Shown one piece after another: positions 28,039 to 37,802 of a stretch of DNA of 64,000 nt. How positions within the stretch are numbered: the first letter of the stretch is position 1; the number at the start of each line of letters is the position of its first letter. Both the position numbers and the translations under genes were made by a program. The notes beneath the pieces are model-generated. The model saw only the letters and a program-made list of their open reading frames with translations. It had not been told where the DNA came from and did not search any database. Source of the DNA: Nitrospirota bacterium (GTDB taxonomy: Bacteria > Nitrospirota > Thermodesulfovibrionia > Thermodesulfovibrionales > Magnetobacteriaceae); the NCBI GenBank assembly GCA_015233895.1, contig JADFXG010000011.1, positions 37,212 through 101,211 of the forward strand. The letters run 5' to 3'.

Positions 28039-31000
28039 CTGATATCTCCTGTTTTTCTAGTTAATGTATGAGACACCTTCTCTATTGTCGTAGATATTGG
28101 TGTCGTCACTAAAGAAATAAATGGGACGGACACTATCCCTGCACCGTTTCCTGATAAGCTGCCGTCAGCGTACGAACCTGAGGCTACACCGTACATATTC
28201 ACGTTGCCTGACCATGTACTGCCATTTAGGTATCCCCCTGAGGAAAGGTCTGCGTTAGTCGTTGAATCTCCTATAAGCGCTGCCCAACTACCAGTTGCCC
28301 ATTTATAAAAGTGCCAATAAAGTGTTAGTCCATCTGAATTACCAAAAACTATCTCTTTACTGGTTATATTTGAACTTGTTAGATAGCTGCTAAAAGAATA
28401 GGAACCTGTCACACTCCCTATCGTATATATTGATGGGGCTGAACCGCTGGAGGAGGCAAAAAACACTACATTCCCCAACGTTATATTCATATAATCTCCG
28501 TTGATCGATAAAGAACCAGTAAGAGTTGTTCTTCCAATCTCAACAGAAGGCAGGTTTAAATAGCTGAGTGAGCTTATGGCTGATGATGTGGAACAGCCCG
28601 AGGCTCCTGTACTGTTTCCACAAGCAAGATTTAAAAACGTTGCAACGTCCATGTAGATTCCTACACTTCCAAACTCAATTACGTTTGCGTTTCCACCTAA
28701 TCCATCATCATAGGATGTCAGTGAACCTAACAACCCTCCACTGTATATCACAGATTTATTATTTGAGTCAACATAGGTTGAATATACGTTGCCGTAATAT
28801 ACACCATTAGTGTTACCGTTAATGGAAACCAGTGAATAACCAGGACCATAACTATACAGATTCGCAAGCCCTCCGTACTGGTTATCATATGCAGATTCGT
28901 ACCCTGAGTACATATTGTGCGCAAAAGCAATACTATCTATTCCTTCATAGATAAAGCCATGGCTGAAAGATACTCCATAATAAGCGTCTGACACATTGAT
29001 TGGAACATAGGTTAGATTGCCGTTTCCTGACCAACCCCCACTGTTGTTGAAGCTTCCGGTTATACCGCCTGAACCGTTATAATACGAGACCATTGCTCCA
29101 GAGCCATCGGTACCATAATAGATACCAGCAAAATCAGCGTATAGATCATTAGGGCTACCATCGCTTCCTTTAACTCCAGCCAAATAACCCGACACAGTGT
29201 ACCCAGAATATGAGCCGCTTATCGAACTTAACCAAAGTGGATACATAGTGGTGTTTGCATTTGAATACGTACCGGAGGCTGTCACAGATTCAGTAGTTAT
29301 CGTCGATGTATCGGATGGAAACGCACCTGTTAAAGTCCCTGAGACGCCATCTGATGTTCCATTGTTGTAAGGGTATGAGTCCAATGAGACACCGTAAAAA
29401 CCATAGTATGAGTCTTTTGTAACAGATGAGGTAAATAGCGCTGTTGTTGTCGTAGCTGTTGTAGTTGTGGTTGTCTCTCCGCCACCACCACCTCCTCCAG
29501 ATGTTGTTGTGGTTGTCGTAGAGGTAGTAGATGCTGTGGTTGTGGTGGTTGTTGTCGGTGCTGTTGTAGTTGTAAGCGCTGTTGTTGTGGCCGGTGCTGT
29601 TGTCGTTGTAAGTGCTGTTGTTGTGGCTGGTGCTGTTGTAGTAGTCAGTGCTGTTGTAGTTGTCAATGCTGTTGTAGTTGTAAGTGCTGTTGTAGTTGTA
29701 AGTGCTGTTGTTGTAGTCAGTGCTGTTGTAGTTGTAAGTGCTGTTGTAGTTGTAAGTGCTGTTGTTGTTGTAAGTGCTGTTGTTGTAGTAAGTGATGTTG
29801 TCACAGTAGGTATATTGCCAGTACCCGTACCCGTACCAGTGCCAGTGCCAGTACCCGTACCCGTACCAGTGCCCGTACCAGTGCCCGTGCCAGTGCCCGT
29901 GCCAGTACCTGTGCCCGTGCCAGTACCTGTGCCAGTACCATTACCTGTGCCATTACCTGTTGTGTCAGACGAACCAGAAGATCCGGATGATGACCCTGAA
30001 GATCCGGACGATGACCCTGAAGATCCGGACGATGACCCTGAAGAGCCAGAGGATGAGTCAGAAGAGCCAGATGATGATCCGGATGAACCGGACGATGACC
30101 CTGAAGAGCCAGAGGATGAGTCAGAAGAGCCAGATGATGATCCGGATGAACCGGACGATGAGCCTGAAGAGCCAGATGATGATCCGGATGAACCTGATCC
30201 CGATGACGAGTCAGAAGAGCCTGATGATGATCCAGAAGAGCCTGATGATGATCCAGAAGAACCGGATGATGACCCTGATGATCCAGATGAACCGGATGAC
30301 CCTGAGGATCCAGATGAACCCTGTCCTCCGCTGCCACCACTACCACCACTACCTCCACTGCCACCGCTACCACCAGTGCCTCCACTGCCACCACTGCCAC
30401 CACTGCCACCGCTGCTGGAGGATTTAGGTGCCGGCGTTGTATCTTTACCGTAACTGTTCTTTTCAGATTGTGTCATTGTGGTTGGAGCTGAAGGCGCTTG
30501 TCCCAGAGCTACAGAGGTTTTTTGCCCCGCATTTACTTTTACCTCCGGACTGCCTGAAATCTCTGTACTTTTTACCCCTACGCTACCGTCTGCAGTTCTA
30601 ATATCCGTACCGGTATTGGAATTAAAAGAGGTTTGCCAGTCTGTTCCTCTGACTCCGGCAACTGCGTTAGGGGTGTGGATTTCAAAATGGTCAGAGCTCT
30701 TAGCTCCTGCAAGGCGAGAAGCTATACTCTTTTGCACAATAGCTTGTACCTTACCCCTTGGAAGGGCTAACTTAGCATGATATACTCCGTCCGTTACCTT
30801 AAACTCGTTTATATCAACTCGTGTATTTTCTGCAAGCCTTACGATACTGCCATCATTGAACATTATCTCAGCCTTTGACTTACTCTTGGTTCTAAGTACA
30901 TCCTGTTCACTTATTAAATCTCCCACTTTAAGTACTACTGCAGGAAGTTTCCCGCCTCGAAGCACGTCAACGGTACCATCAATTGCAGTTACTTTTCCGA

Positions 31001-31085
31001 CAGAATTATCGGCATGTAACTGTCCGATGAAAACTAAACTCAGTAGTAAAAATACGATAATTAAACCAATTTTTCTGTTTTTCAT
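28035..31085 (-). CDS. FecR-domain protein with a long Gly/Ser/Thr linker and beta-rich C-terminal domain
   Basis: Signal peptide; D-x-LRT-x4-KAEIMFNDGS-x-VRLAENT and FEIHTPNAVAGVRGT FecR motifs; >300 aa low complexity; G/S/Y-rich C-terminus. Confidence 0.85.
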   Translation of the reverse strand: MKNRKIGLIIVFLLLSLVFIGQLHADNSVGKVTAIDGTVDVLRGGKLPAVVLKVGDLISEQDVLRTKSKSKAEIMFNDGSIVRLAENTRVDINEFKVTDGVYHAKLALPRGKVQAIVQKSIASRLAGAKSSDHFEIHTPNAVAGVRGTDWQTSFNSNTGTDIRTADGSVGVKSTEISGSPEVKVNAGQKTSVALGQAPSAPTTMTQSEKNSYGKDTTPAPKSSSSGGSGGSGGSGGTGGSGGSGGSGGSGGSGGQGSSGSSGSSGSSGSSGSSSGSSGSSSGSSGSSSGSSDSSSGSGSSGSSSGSSGSSSGSSGSSSGSSDSSSGSSGSSSGSSGSSSGSSDSSSGSSGSSSGSSGSSSGSSGSSSGSSGSSDTTGNGTGNGTGTGTGTGTGTGTGTGTGTGTGTGTGTGTGTGTGTGTGTGNIPTVTTSLTTTTALTTTTALTTTTALTTTTALTTTTALTTTTALTTTTALTTTTALTTTTAPATTTALTTTTAPATTTALTTTTAPTTTTTTTASTTSTTTTTTSGGGGGGGETTTTTTATTTTALFTSSVTKDSYYGFYGVSLDSYPYNNGTSDGVSGTLTGAFPSDTSTITTESVTASGTYSNANTTMYPLWLSSISGSYSGYTVSGYLAGVKGSDGSPNDLYADFAGIYYGTDGSGAMVSYYNGSGGITGSFNNSGGWSGNGNLTYVPINVSDAYYGVSFSHGFIYEGIDSIAFAHNMYSGYESAYDNQYGGLANLYSYGPGYSLVSINGNTNGVYYGNVYSTYVDSNNKSVIYSGGLLGSLTSYDDGLGGNANVIEFGSVGIYMDVATFLNLACGNSTGASGCSTSSAISSLSYLNLPSVEIGRTTLTGSLSINGDYMNITLGNVVFFASSSGSAPSIYTIGSVTGSYSFSSYLTSSNITSKEIVFGNSDGLTLYWHFYKWATGSWAALIGDSTTNADLSSGGYLNGSTWSGNVNMYGVASGSYADGSLSGNGAGIVSVPFISLVTTPISTTIEKVSHTLTRKTGDIR
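29450..30412 (-). repeat. Nested coding tandem repeats (9, 21, 6 and 18 bp units)
   Basis: GGS units ~30325-30412, SSGSSGS units ~29968-30320, GT dipeptide units ~29818-29960, TTTTAL/TTTTAP units ~29560-29800. Confidence 0.9.
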
Positions 31086-31100
31086 TATTAATTCTCCGCT

Positions 31101-32552
31101 TTAATTTCCATTGTCACAGACATGTCCTGTCATTAGCCGTTTAGGGTTTAATGTCCCCTGATAACACTCAAGCAGCACGCTTTTACAACTTGCCTCCGTA
31201 CCGCTTGTGTAAACCGATGTTGAGGTAAATTTGAGAAATCCCCCGTATATGCTTGCTTTGTTGGTATCACTCATAATTATAGTCTCATTATTAGATGATG
31301 ACAACGAGATAGTATTTTGCGAAAATTTTATAATATACATTTTTTTAGACGCCAAATAATTAGCAAAAGTGTTGGTTGTGCCGGAGGGTGTCGCATTATC
31401 GGCTGCTCCTACCGTAAATTTTACAGTTAAATCCTGTGACGACCTGTTTGATGCGATACAATAGCTTGGGTTAGAGCTATTTGTTGATAAGTAGGGAAAA
31501 TAATATGTAATATAAGATATGCTTGCTGAATACACTCCGGTAAAGATATAACCCCCAAAGGGTACAGCAACAAGTTTTAATCCGTCTGATGAGGACGCTA
31601 TGGAATACCAATCTCTGCTACCGGCACTCGTTTGCTCTGTCCATGTAGCTCCTGAATCTGTTGAGGTATAAATAAACCCGCCATAATCTATCGCAGCAAG
31701 TTTAGTCCCATCTGATGAGGACGCTATCCCACCCCAAAATCTGCTGCCGGAACTGGTTTGCTCAGTCCATGTAGAACCTGAATTTGTTGATGTATATATA
31801 TAACCATTATTTATGCCACCAACTACGGCAGCGAGCTTTGTCCCATCTGATGATGATGCTATTGAAGTCCAGGTTCTATTGTCAGCAACGGTTCGCTCAG
31901 TCCAATCAACACCCGAATTTGTTGAGGTATAGATAAACCCACCAGTACCATCAGTACCACTATCTACGGCAGCGAGTTTTGTTCCATCGGATGATGACGC
32001 TATCCCATTCCAACCTCTAATGTTAGAATTGGTTTGCTCTGTCCAATGATCACCTGAATTTGTTGAGGTATAGATATAACCTGGGGAATAATCTGTAGCA
32101 GCGAGTTTTGTTCCATCTGATGAGGACGCTATTGCATACCAACTTCTGCTACCGGAACTTGTGCGCTCTGTCCATATAGCACCTGAATTTGATGAGGTAT
32201 AAAGATAACCTGGACTACCATCTGCAGCAACGAGTTTTGTTCCATCTGATGATGACGCAATTGCAGCCCAAAATCTGCTGCCGGCTAAAGTTTGCGGTGT
32301 CCAATTATCTCCTGAATTTGTTGAGGTATATATATACCCACCTGAGCCACTGCCATCATAATCAACAGCAGCGAGTTTTGTCCCATTATCTGATGACGCT
32401 ATTCCACCCCAATCTCTGTTACCGGCGTCGGTTTGCTGAGTCCATGTCCACCCTGCATAAGACACTGTTGGCAACAACAATATTAACATTAACAACAAAA
32501 CAAAATATTTCGCTAAAAAACTGTGTGTTTTCATAACCGTATCATTATTCAT
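31101..32552 (-). CDS. Secreted 7-blade Asp-box beta-propeller + CTD subtype B
   Basis: Signal peptide; seven W-x2-IASSSDGTKL...YTSTxSGxxW blades; PYLSTNSSNPSYC...ECYQGTLNPKRLMTGHVC. Confidence 0.88.
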   Translation of the reverse strand: MNNDTVMKTHSFLAKYFVLLLMLILLLPTVSYAGWTWTQQTDAGNRDWGGIASSDNGTKLAAVDYDGSGSGGYIYTSTNSGDNWTPQTLAGSRFWAAIASSSDGTKLVAADGSPGYLYTSSNSGAIWTERTSSGSRSWYAIASSSDGTKLAATDYSPGYIYTSTNSGDHWTEQTNSNIRGWNGIASSSDGTKLAAVDSGTDGTGGFIYTSTNSGVDWTERTVADNRTWTSIASSSDGTKLAAVVGGINNGYIYTSTNSGSTWTEQTSSGSRFWGGIASSSDGTKLAAIDYGGFIYTSTDSGATWTEQTSAGSRDWYSIASSSDGLKLVAVPFGGYIFTGVYSASISYITYYFPYLSTNSSNPSYCIASNRSSQDLTVKFTVGAADNATPSGTTNTFANYLASKKMYIIKFSQNTISLSSSNNETIIMSDTNKASIYGGFLKFTSTSVYTSGTEASCKSVLLECYQGTLNPKRLMTGHVCDNGN

Positions 32553-32576
32553 TCAATTAACCTTTTAAACCTGCCT

Positions 32577-34025
32577 TTAATGCCCAAGTGCTGTTGAAGA
32601 CACGGTGTCTATACAAGCATAACCAGTAACGGGTCTTCTGGGTTCACTATATCCTTGTAAACAGGAGATTACAACATTATGACAGGAGGCCTGAGTGCCT
32701 GATAAATATGCAGCCGTACTAACAAAAGCCAGAGACCCGCCGTATGAGCCTGAATTAGCAATATTCGATAATAAAGACAGAGACTCAGTTCCGCTTAGTG
32801 GATTATAAATTGAGGCGGTTTTTTCTTGAAACGTGAACAGCCGTGTAGTTTGGCTGTTAAGATAGTTTGAAAATGTTTGTTTACCGGCACCGGCAGCAGG
32901 TGAGTTATTGTCAGCCGATTTCACTTCAAAGCTAACGGTCATATTCTCTGAGGATAAGTTTGAAGCTATACAGTAAACGGTATTATTTGTATTTGTATGA
33001 AGATAGGGGATGTTGTATGCAACAGTTGAGGGATAGTAGCCAGTGTAAATATAGCCACCATAAAGTGCAGCAGCAAGTTTTGTCCCATCTGATGATGACG
33101 CAATTGCATTCCAACTTCTGCTGCCGGCACTCGTTTGAGCAGTCCATGTAGCTCCTGAATCTGTTGATATATATATATAGCCACCAGAAACTGTAGCAGC
33201 GAGTTTAGTCCCATCTGATGATGACGCTATCCCATCCCAGGGTTGGATACCGGCACCCGTTTGTGTAGTCCAATTGCCACCTGAATTGGTTGAGGTATAT
33301 ATATACCCACCACTGCCGCCATTCCAAACTACCGCAGCGAGTTTTGTCCCATCTGATGACGATGCTATTGAATACCAACCCCGGCTACCAGCATTCATTT
33401 GTGGTGACCATGTAGAGCCTGAATTGGTTGAGGTATAAATATAACCACTTTCAACTGCAGCAGCAAGTTTTGTTCCGTCTGATGAGGACGTTATTCCAAC
33501 CCAAAATCTGCTGCCAACAGCAGTATGCGCAGTCCAATTATCACCTGAATTGGTTGAGGTGTATATGTACCCGCCACCGTCACTGCCAAAGTAATCTACC
33601 GCAGCGAGTTGTATCCCATCTGACGATGATGCTATTGAATACCAACCCCGGCTGCCAGCACTCGTTTGTTCAGTCCAATTGTCACCTGAATTGGTTGAGG
33701 TATAAATATAACCACTATAAGCTCCGGCAGCAAGTTTTGATCCGTCTGCTGATGAAGTTACAGCATGCCAATTTCTGCTACCGGCACTTGTTTTTGCTAT
33801 CCATGTAGCACCTGAATCTGTTGAGATATAAATGTAGCCTGGAGAAACTGCAGCGACAAGTTTTGTACCATCTGATGAGGACGCTATTGTTTGCCAGTTT
33901 TTGCTGCCGGAAACGGTTTGTCCTGTCCAAACCCAGTCGGCGGAAGACACCTCAGGCACCAACAAGATAACCAATAATGATGTTAATAAAAAAATGTGTT
34001 TAAATATAAAACTGTGCTTTTTCAT
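32577..34025 (-). CDS. Secreted 7-blade Asp-box beta-propeller + CTD subtype A
   Basis: Signal peptide (MKKHSF, GGGAGA RBS); seven blades; PYLHTNTNNTVYC...SCLQGYSEPRRPVTGYAC...GH. Confidence 0.88.
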   Translation of the reverse strand: MKKHSFIFKHIFLLTSLLVILLVPEVSSADWVWTGQTVSGSKNWQTIASSSDGTKLVAAVSPGYIYISTDSGATWIAKTSAGSRNWHAVTSSADGSKLAAGAYSGYIYTSTNSGDNWTEQTSAGSRGWYSIASSSDGIQLAAVDYFGSDGGGYIYTSTNSGDNWTAHTAVGSRFWVGITSSSDGTKLAAAVESGYIYTSTNSGSTWSPQMNAGSRGWYSIASSSDGTKLAAVVWNGGSGGYIYTSTNSGGNWTTQTGAGIQPWDGIASSSDGTKLAATVSGGYIYISTDSGATWTAQTSAGSRSWNAIASSSDGTKLAAALYGGYIYTGYYPSTVAYNIPYLHTNTNNTVYCIASNLSSENMTVSFEVKSADNNSPAAGAGKQTFSNYLNSQTTRLFTFQEKTASIYNPLSGTESLSLLSNIANSGSYGGSLAFVSTAAYLSGTQASCHNVVISCLQGYSEPRRPVTGYACIDTVSSTALGH

Positions 34026-34131
34026 GGATAAGTCTCCCACTTTTGCTAAAAAACATCTAATCGCCTCGCAAACAGTATTTATGTAACATTAACACCCCGA
34101 TAGCAATTTTTTACGACACATTGCCTTTAGT

Positions 34132-34165
34132 ATTATACATTAACAGAAAAGAATAAATGTCAATA
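34132..34165 (-). promoter_or_regulatory. Putative promoter of the third A-B unit
   Basis: TATTGACA followed by TGtTAATGT (15 bp spacer) or TATAAT (20 bp spacer); spacing imperfect. Confidence 0.4.
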
Positions 34166-34210
34166 ACAAATGTTACCTAAAGAATATTTGTTAAAAATAT
34201 TTTATCTGTG

Positions 34211-36133
34211 TTAAGGTGGAGGACTATAGTTGTAGTAGTATCCATTTTCACAAACCTGCCCTGTCATCAGCCGCTTAGGGTTAAAAGTCCCCTGATAACA
34301 TTCAAGCAACACGCTTTTACAACGTGCCTCCGTACCGCTTGTGTAAACAGCTGTTGAGGTAAACGTGAGAAATCCCCCGTATAGGCTTGCATTGTTGGTA
34401 TCACTCATAATTATAGTCTCATTATTAGATGATGACAACGAGATAGTATTTTGCGAAAATTTTATAATATACATTTTTTTAGACGCCAAATAATTAGCAA
34501 AAGTGTTGGTTGTGCCGGAGGGTGTCGCATTATCGGCTGCTCCTACCGTAAATTTTACAGTTAAATCCTGTGACGACCTGTTTGATGCCATACAGTAGCT
34601 TGGATTAGAGCTGTTTGTTGATAAGTACGGAATATCGTATGTAACAGTTGATTGACCTTGAGAGAAATACGCAACAACTGAACAGTCAAAAGTTACAGGA
34701 CTTGTTGTGTAGATGGTGCCGGAAAGGCTGCCTCCACACGTACCTTCTACTGAGGATACCGAATAACCTGTATTAGGGGTAATCGTAAAAGACGTTCCCG
34801 TATTATCGTTAACAGTTTGTGCCGTGTTTGGGCTTATACTTCCACCAGCGCCTGCCGATGGGGTTACCGCATAGGTCTGATGTGATGCCGTTGCTGTAAC
34901 CGTACAGTCAGCTGTTACCGCTCCTGTTGTATAGCTTACTGTTGTATCAACAACCTGAACTCCGGGGTCAGTGCCGCCACATCCTGATACACTTATTATA
35001 CGAAAACCGGAGGCAGGGGTAAACTGAAATGTTATCGTACCGTTATCAACCACGCCTTGTGGTGAGATTTTGTCTGTAGTTACGTTTGTTAAGGATTCGG
35101 TTACTGTCCAGCTACCAAAAACACCTGTATAAATAAACCCACCTGAACCAGTACCATTCTTATCTATGGCGGCAAATTTTGTGCCATCTGATGATGCAGC
35201 TATTCCATACCAATGTCTGCTACCGGCATTCGTTTGCTCAGTCCATGTAGCTCCTGAATCTGTTGAAATATAAATATAACCTCCATCAACTACTGCAGCG
35301 AGTTTTGAGCCGTCTGATGAGGACGCTATTGCATACCAATCTCTGCTGCCGGCACTCGTTTGCGTAGTCCATGTAGCTCCTGAATCTGTTGAGGTATATA
35401 TATAATCAGGAGTATCATCAGCTGCTGCTGCAAGCTTTGACCCATCTGATGATGACGCTATTGAATACCAATATCTGCTACCGGAATTTGTTTGAGGAGT
35501 CCATGTTTCACCAGAATTGATTGAGGTATATATATAACCATTATCAATAACTCCGACAGCGAGTTTTAACCCATTTGTTGAGGATGTTATAGACCACCAG
35601 GATCTGCTGCCGGCATTGGTTCGCGGAATCCATGTAGCCCCTGAATCTGTTGAAGAGTAAATATATCCACCACCGTAATACCCATCTACAGCAGCAAGTT
35701 TAGTACCATCTGATGAGGATGTTATTGAACTCCAAAGTCTAATGCCGGCACTCGTTTGCGGAAACCATGTAGCCCCTGAATCTGTTGAAGTGTAAATATA
35801 ACCACCACCACCATCTCCATTGTTCCCGGCAGCGAGTTTTGTCCCATCTGACGAGGACGCTATTGAATACCAATATCTACTCCCGGCATTCGTTTGCTCT
35901 GTCCATGTAGCCCCTGAATCGGTTGAGGTATATATAGAACCCCCATAAGCTACAGCAGCGAGTTTAGTGCCATCTGATGATGACGCTATCCCAAACCAAT
36001 ATCCGGTACCGGCACCCGTCTGTACTGTCCAACCATAATCTGCATAGGACACTGTCGGCACAAACAATATCATCAGTAACAATAAAACAATATAATTTAG
36101 TATAAAACAATATTTTTTCATAAAAGTTTCCAT
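34211..36133 (-). CDS. Secreted Asp-box propeller + 2 InlB-B/Flg_new-like repeats + CTD subtype B
   Basis: Signal peptide; seven blades; PQ-x-V...F-x-FTP-x-SG...VSGCGG...DCTV repeats; B-type CTD. Confidence 0.88.
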   Translation of the reverse strand: METFMKKYCFILNYIVLLLLMILFVPTVSYADYGWTVQTGAGTGYWFGIASSSDGTKLAAVAYGGSIYTSTDSGATWTEQTNAGSRYWYSIASSSDGTKLAAGNNGDGGGGYIYTSTDSGATWFPQTSAGIRLWSSITSSSDGTKLAAVDGYYGGGYIYSSTDSGATWIPRTNAGSRSWWSITSSTNGLKLAVGVIDNGYIYTSINSGETWTPQTNSGSRYWYSIASSSDGSKLAAAADDTPDYIYTSTDSGATWTTQTSAGSRDWYAIASSSDGSKLAAVVDGGYIYISTDSGATWTEQTNAGSRHWYGIAASSDGTKFAAIDKNGTGSGGFIYTGVFGSWTVTESLTNVTTDKISPQGVVDNGTITFQFTPASGFRIISVSGCGGTDPGVQVVDTTVSYTTGAVTADCTVTATASHQTYAVTPSAGAGGSISPNTAQTVNDNTGTSFTITPNTGYSVSSVEGTCGGSLSGTIYTTSPVTFDCSVVAYFSQGQSTVTYDIPYLSTNSSNPSYCMASNRSSQDLTVKFTVGAADNATPSGTTNTFANYLASKKMYIIKFSQNTISLSSSNNETIIMSDTNNASLYGGFLTFTSTAVYTSGTEARCKSVLLECYQGTFNPKRLMTGQVCENGYYYNYSPPP

Positions 36134-36147
36134 TCAATTAACCACCA

Positions 36148-37584
36148 TTAATGCCCGATCACAGTCGAAACAGAGTCTATACAAACATAACCCGTAACGG
36201 GTCTTCTTGGTTCACTGTATCCTTGTAAACACGATATCATGATCTTTGAACAGGATGCCTGAGTGCCTGATGAAAACACACCGGTACTGACAAAAGTTAG
36301 CGACCCGCCGTATGAGCCTGAATTAGCAATATCTGATGATAAGTCCAAAGACTCAGTTCCAGTTACGGGACTATAAATGGAAGCGGTTTTCTCTTGAAAA
36401 GTAAACAGACGTGTAGTTTGGCTGCTAAGATAGTTTGTAAACGTTTGTATGCCGGTAGAAAGAGTGTCGTTGTCTGCCGATTCCACCGTAAAGCTAACAT
36501 TCATATCTTCTGAGGACAAGTTTGTTGCCACACAGTAAACGACATTATTTGTGTTTGTATGAAGATACGGTAAATTGTATTTAACTGTTGAAGGTTGAGA
36601 GCCGGTGTAAATATAGCCTCCAACTTCACTGCCATACTCATCTACAGCAGCGAGTTTCGTGCCATCTGATGAGGATGCTATTGAATACCAACCTCTGCTA
36701 CCGGCACTCGTTTGTTCTGTCCATGTAACACCTGAATCTGTTGAGGTATAAATATAACCGCCCAAATCGCCAGCAGCGAGTTTCGTACCATCTGATGATG
36801 ACGCTATTGATTGCCAATATCTGCTATCGGCACTTGTTTGCTCAGTCCATGTAGCGCCTGAATCGGTTGAGGTATAAATATAACCTGGACTATCATCTAC
36901 AGCAGCGAGTTTTGTCCCATCTGATGATGACGCTATTGAAGACCAATATCTGCTACCGGCACTAGTTTGATTATCCCATGTAGCGCCTGAATCTGTTGAG
37001 GTATATATATAACCGCTACTGCTACAAACTGTAGTAGCAAGTTTTGTCCCATCTGATGAGGATGTTATTGAACACCAATTTGTGCTACCAGCACTCGTTC
37101 GCTGGGTCCATGTAGCTCCTGAATCTGTTGAGGTATATATATAACCAATAGCTCCACCTTCATCCACAGCAGCGAGTTTAGTGCCATCTGACGATGACGA
37201 TATTGAGTTCCAATCTCTGCTACCGGCATTCGTTTGCTCAGTCCATGTAGCTCCTGAATCTGCCGAGGTATAAATATACCCATTCCAAACTCCGGCAGTG
37301 AGTTTTGTCCCGTCTGATGAGGACGTTATTGAATACCAATTTCTGCTGCCGGCATTCGTTTGTGCCGTCCATGAAGCTCCTGAATTGGTTGAGGTATAAA
37401 TATAACCATTGCGAACCACTGCAGCAAGTCTTTTCCCGTCTGACGATGAAGCAATTGAATACCAATTTCTACTGCCGGACGTGGTTTTTGCTGACCACAT
37501 AAAGTCGGCAAGGGACAACACAGGTAAAAGCACAATCAGCGCCGATAAAACAATGTACTTAACAATAAAACTGTATCTTTTCAT
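36148..37584 (-). CDS. Secreted 7-blade Asp-box beta-propeller + CTD subtype A
   Basis: Signal peptide; seven blades; PYLHTNTNNVVYC...SCLQGYSEPRRPVTGYVC...GH. Confidence 0.88.
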   Translation of the reverse strand: MKRYSFIVKYIVLSALIVLLPVLSLADFMWSAKTTSGSRNWYSIASSSDGKRLAAVVRNGYIYTSTNSGASWTAQTNAGSRNWYSITSSSDGTKLTAGVWNGYIYTSADSGATWTEQTNAGSRDWNSISSSSDGTKLAAVDEGGAIGYIYTSTDSGATWTQRTSAGSTNWCSITSSSDGTKLATTVCSSSGYIYTSTDSGATWDNQTSAGSRYWSSIASSSDGTKLAAVDDSPGYIYTSTDSGATWTEQTSADSRYWQSIASSSDGTKLAAGDLGGYIYTSTDSGVTWTEQTSAGSRGWYSIASSSDGTKLAAVDEYGSEVGGYIYTGSQPSTVKYNLPYLHTNTNNVVYCVATNLSSEDMNVSFTVESADNDTLSTGIQTFTNYLSSQTTRLFTFQEKTASIYSPVTGTESLDLSSDIANSGSYGGSLTFVSTGVFSSGTQASCSKIMISCLQGYSEPRRPVTGYVCIDSVSTVIGH

Positions 37585-37704
37585 AAGTACATCTTAGCTA
37601 ACATCATAAACCACATAATCACTCCAGTGGAAATTACCGGTTTAACAGATTAAGGGTACAGACAGCATCCTCAACTCCAGCACACCCCATTCCAATCTAT
37701 TCAT

Positions 37705-37735
37705 GGTATAACATAAAAAATGAATAATGTCAATA
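37705..37735 (-). promoter_or_regulatory. Putative promoter of the second A-B unit
   Basis: TATTGACA-17 bp-TATACC with TGn extension. Confidence 0.55.
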
Positions 37736-37802
37736 GGAAGTCAGGATGAAATTACGGTTACACATTCCAAACTTATAAAGATGCAACACTCCCATCCATT
37801 TT

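Noticed and set aside
29467..30453. Long plus-strand and alternative-frame ORFs (poly-V, VP, DDPE)
   Set aside because: Shadow frames of the low-complexity FecR linker
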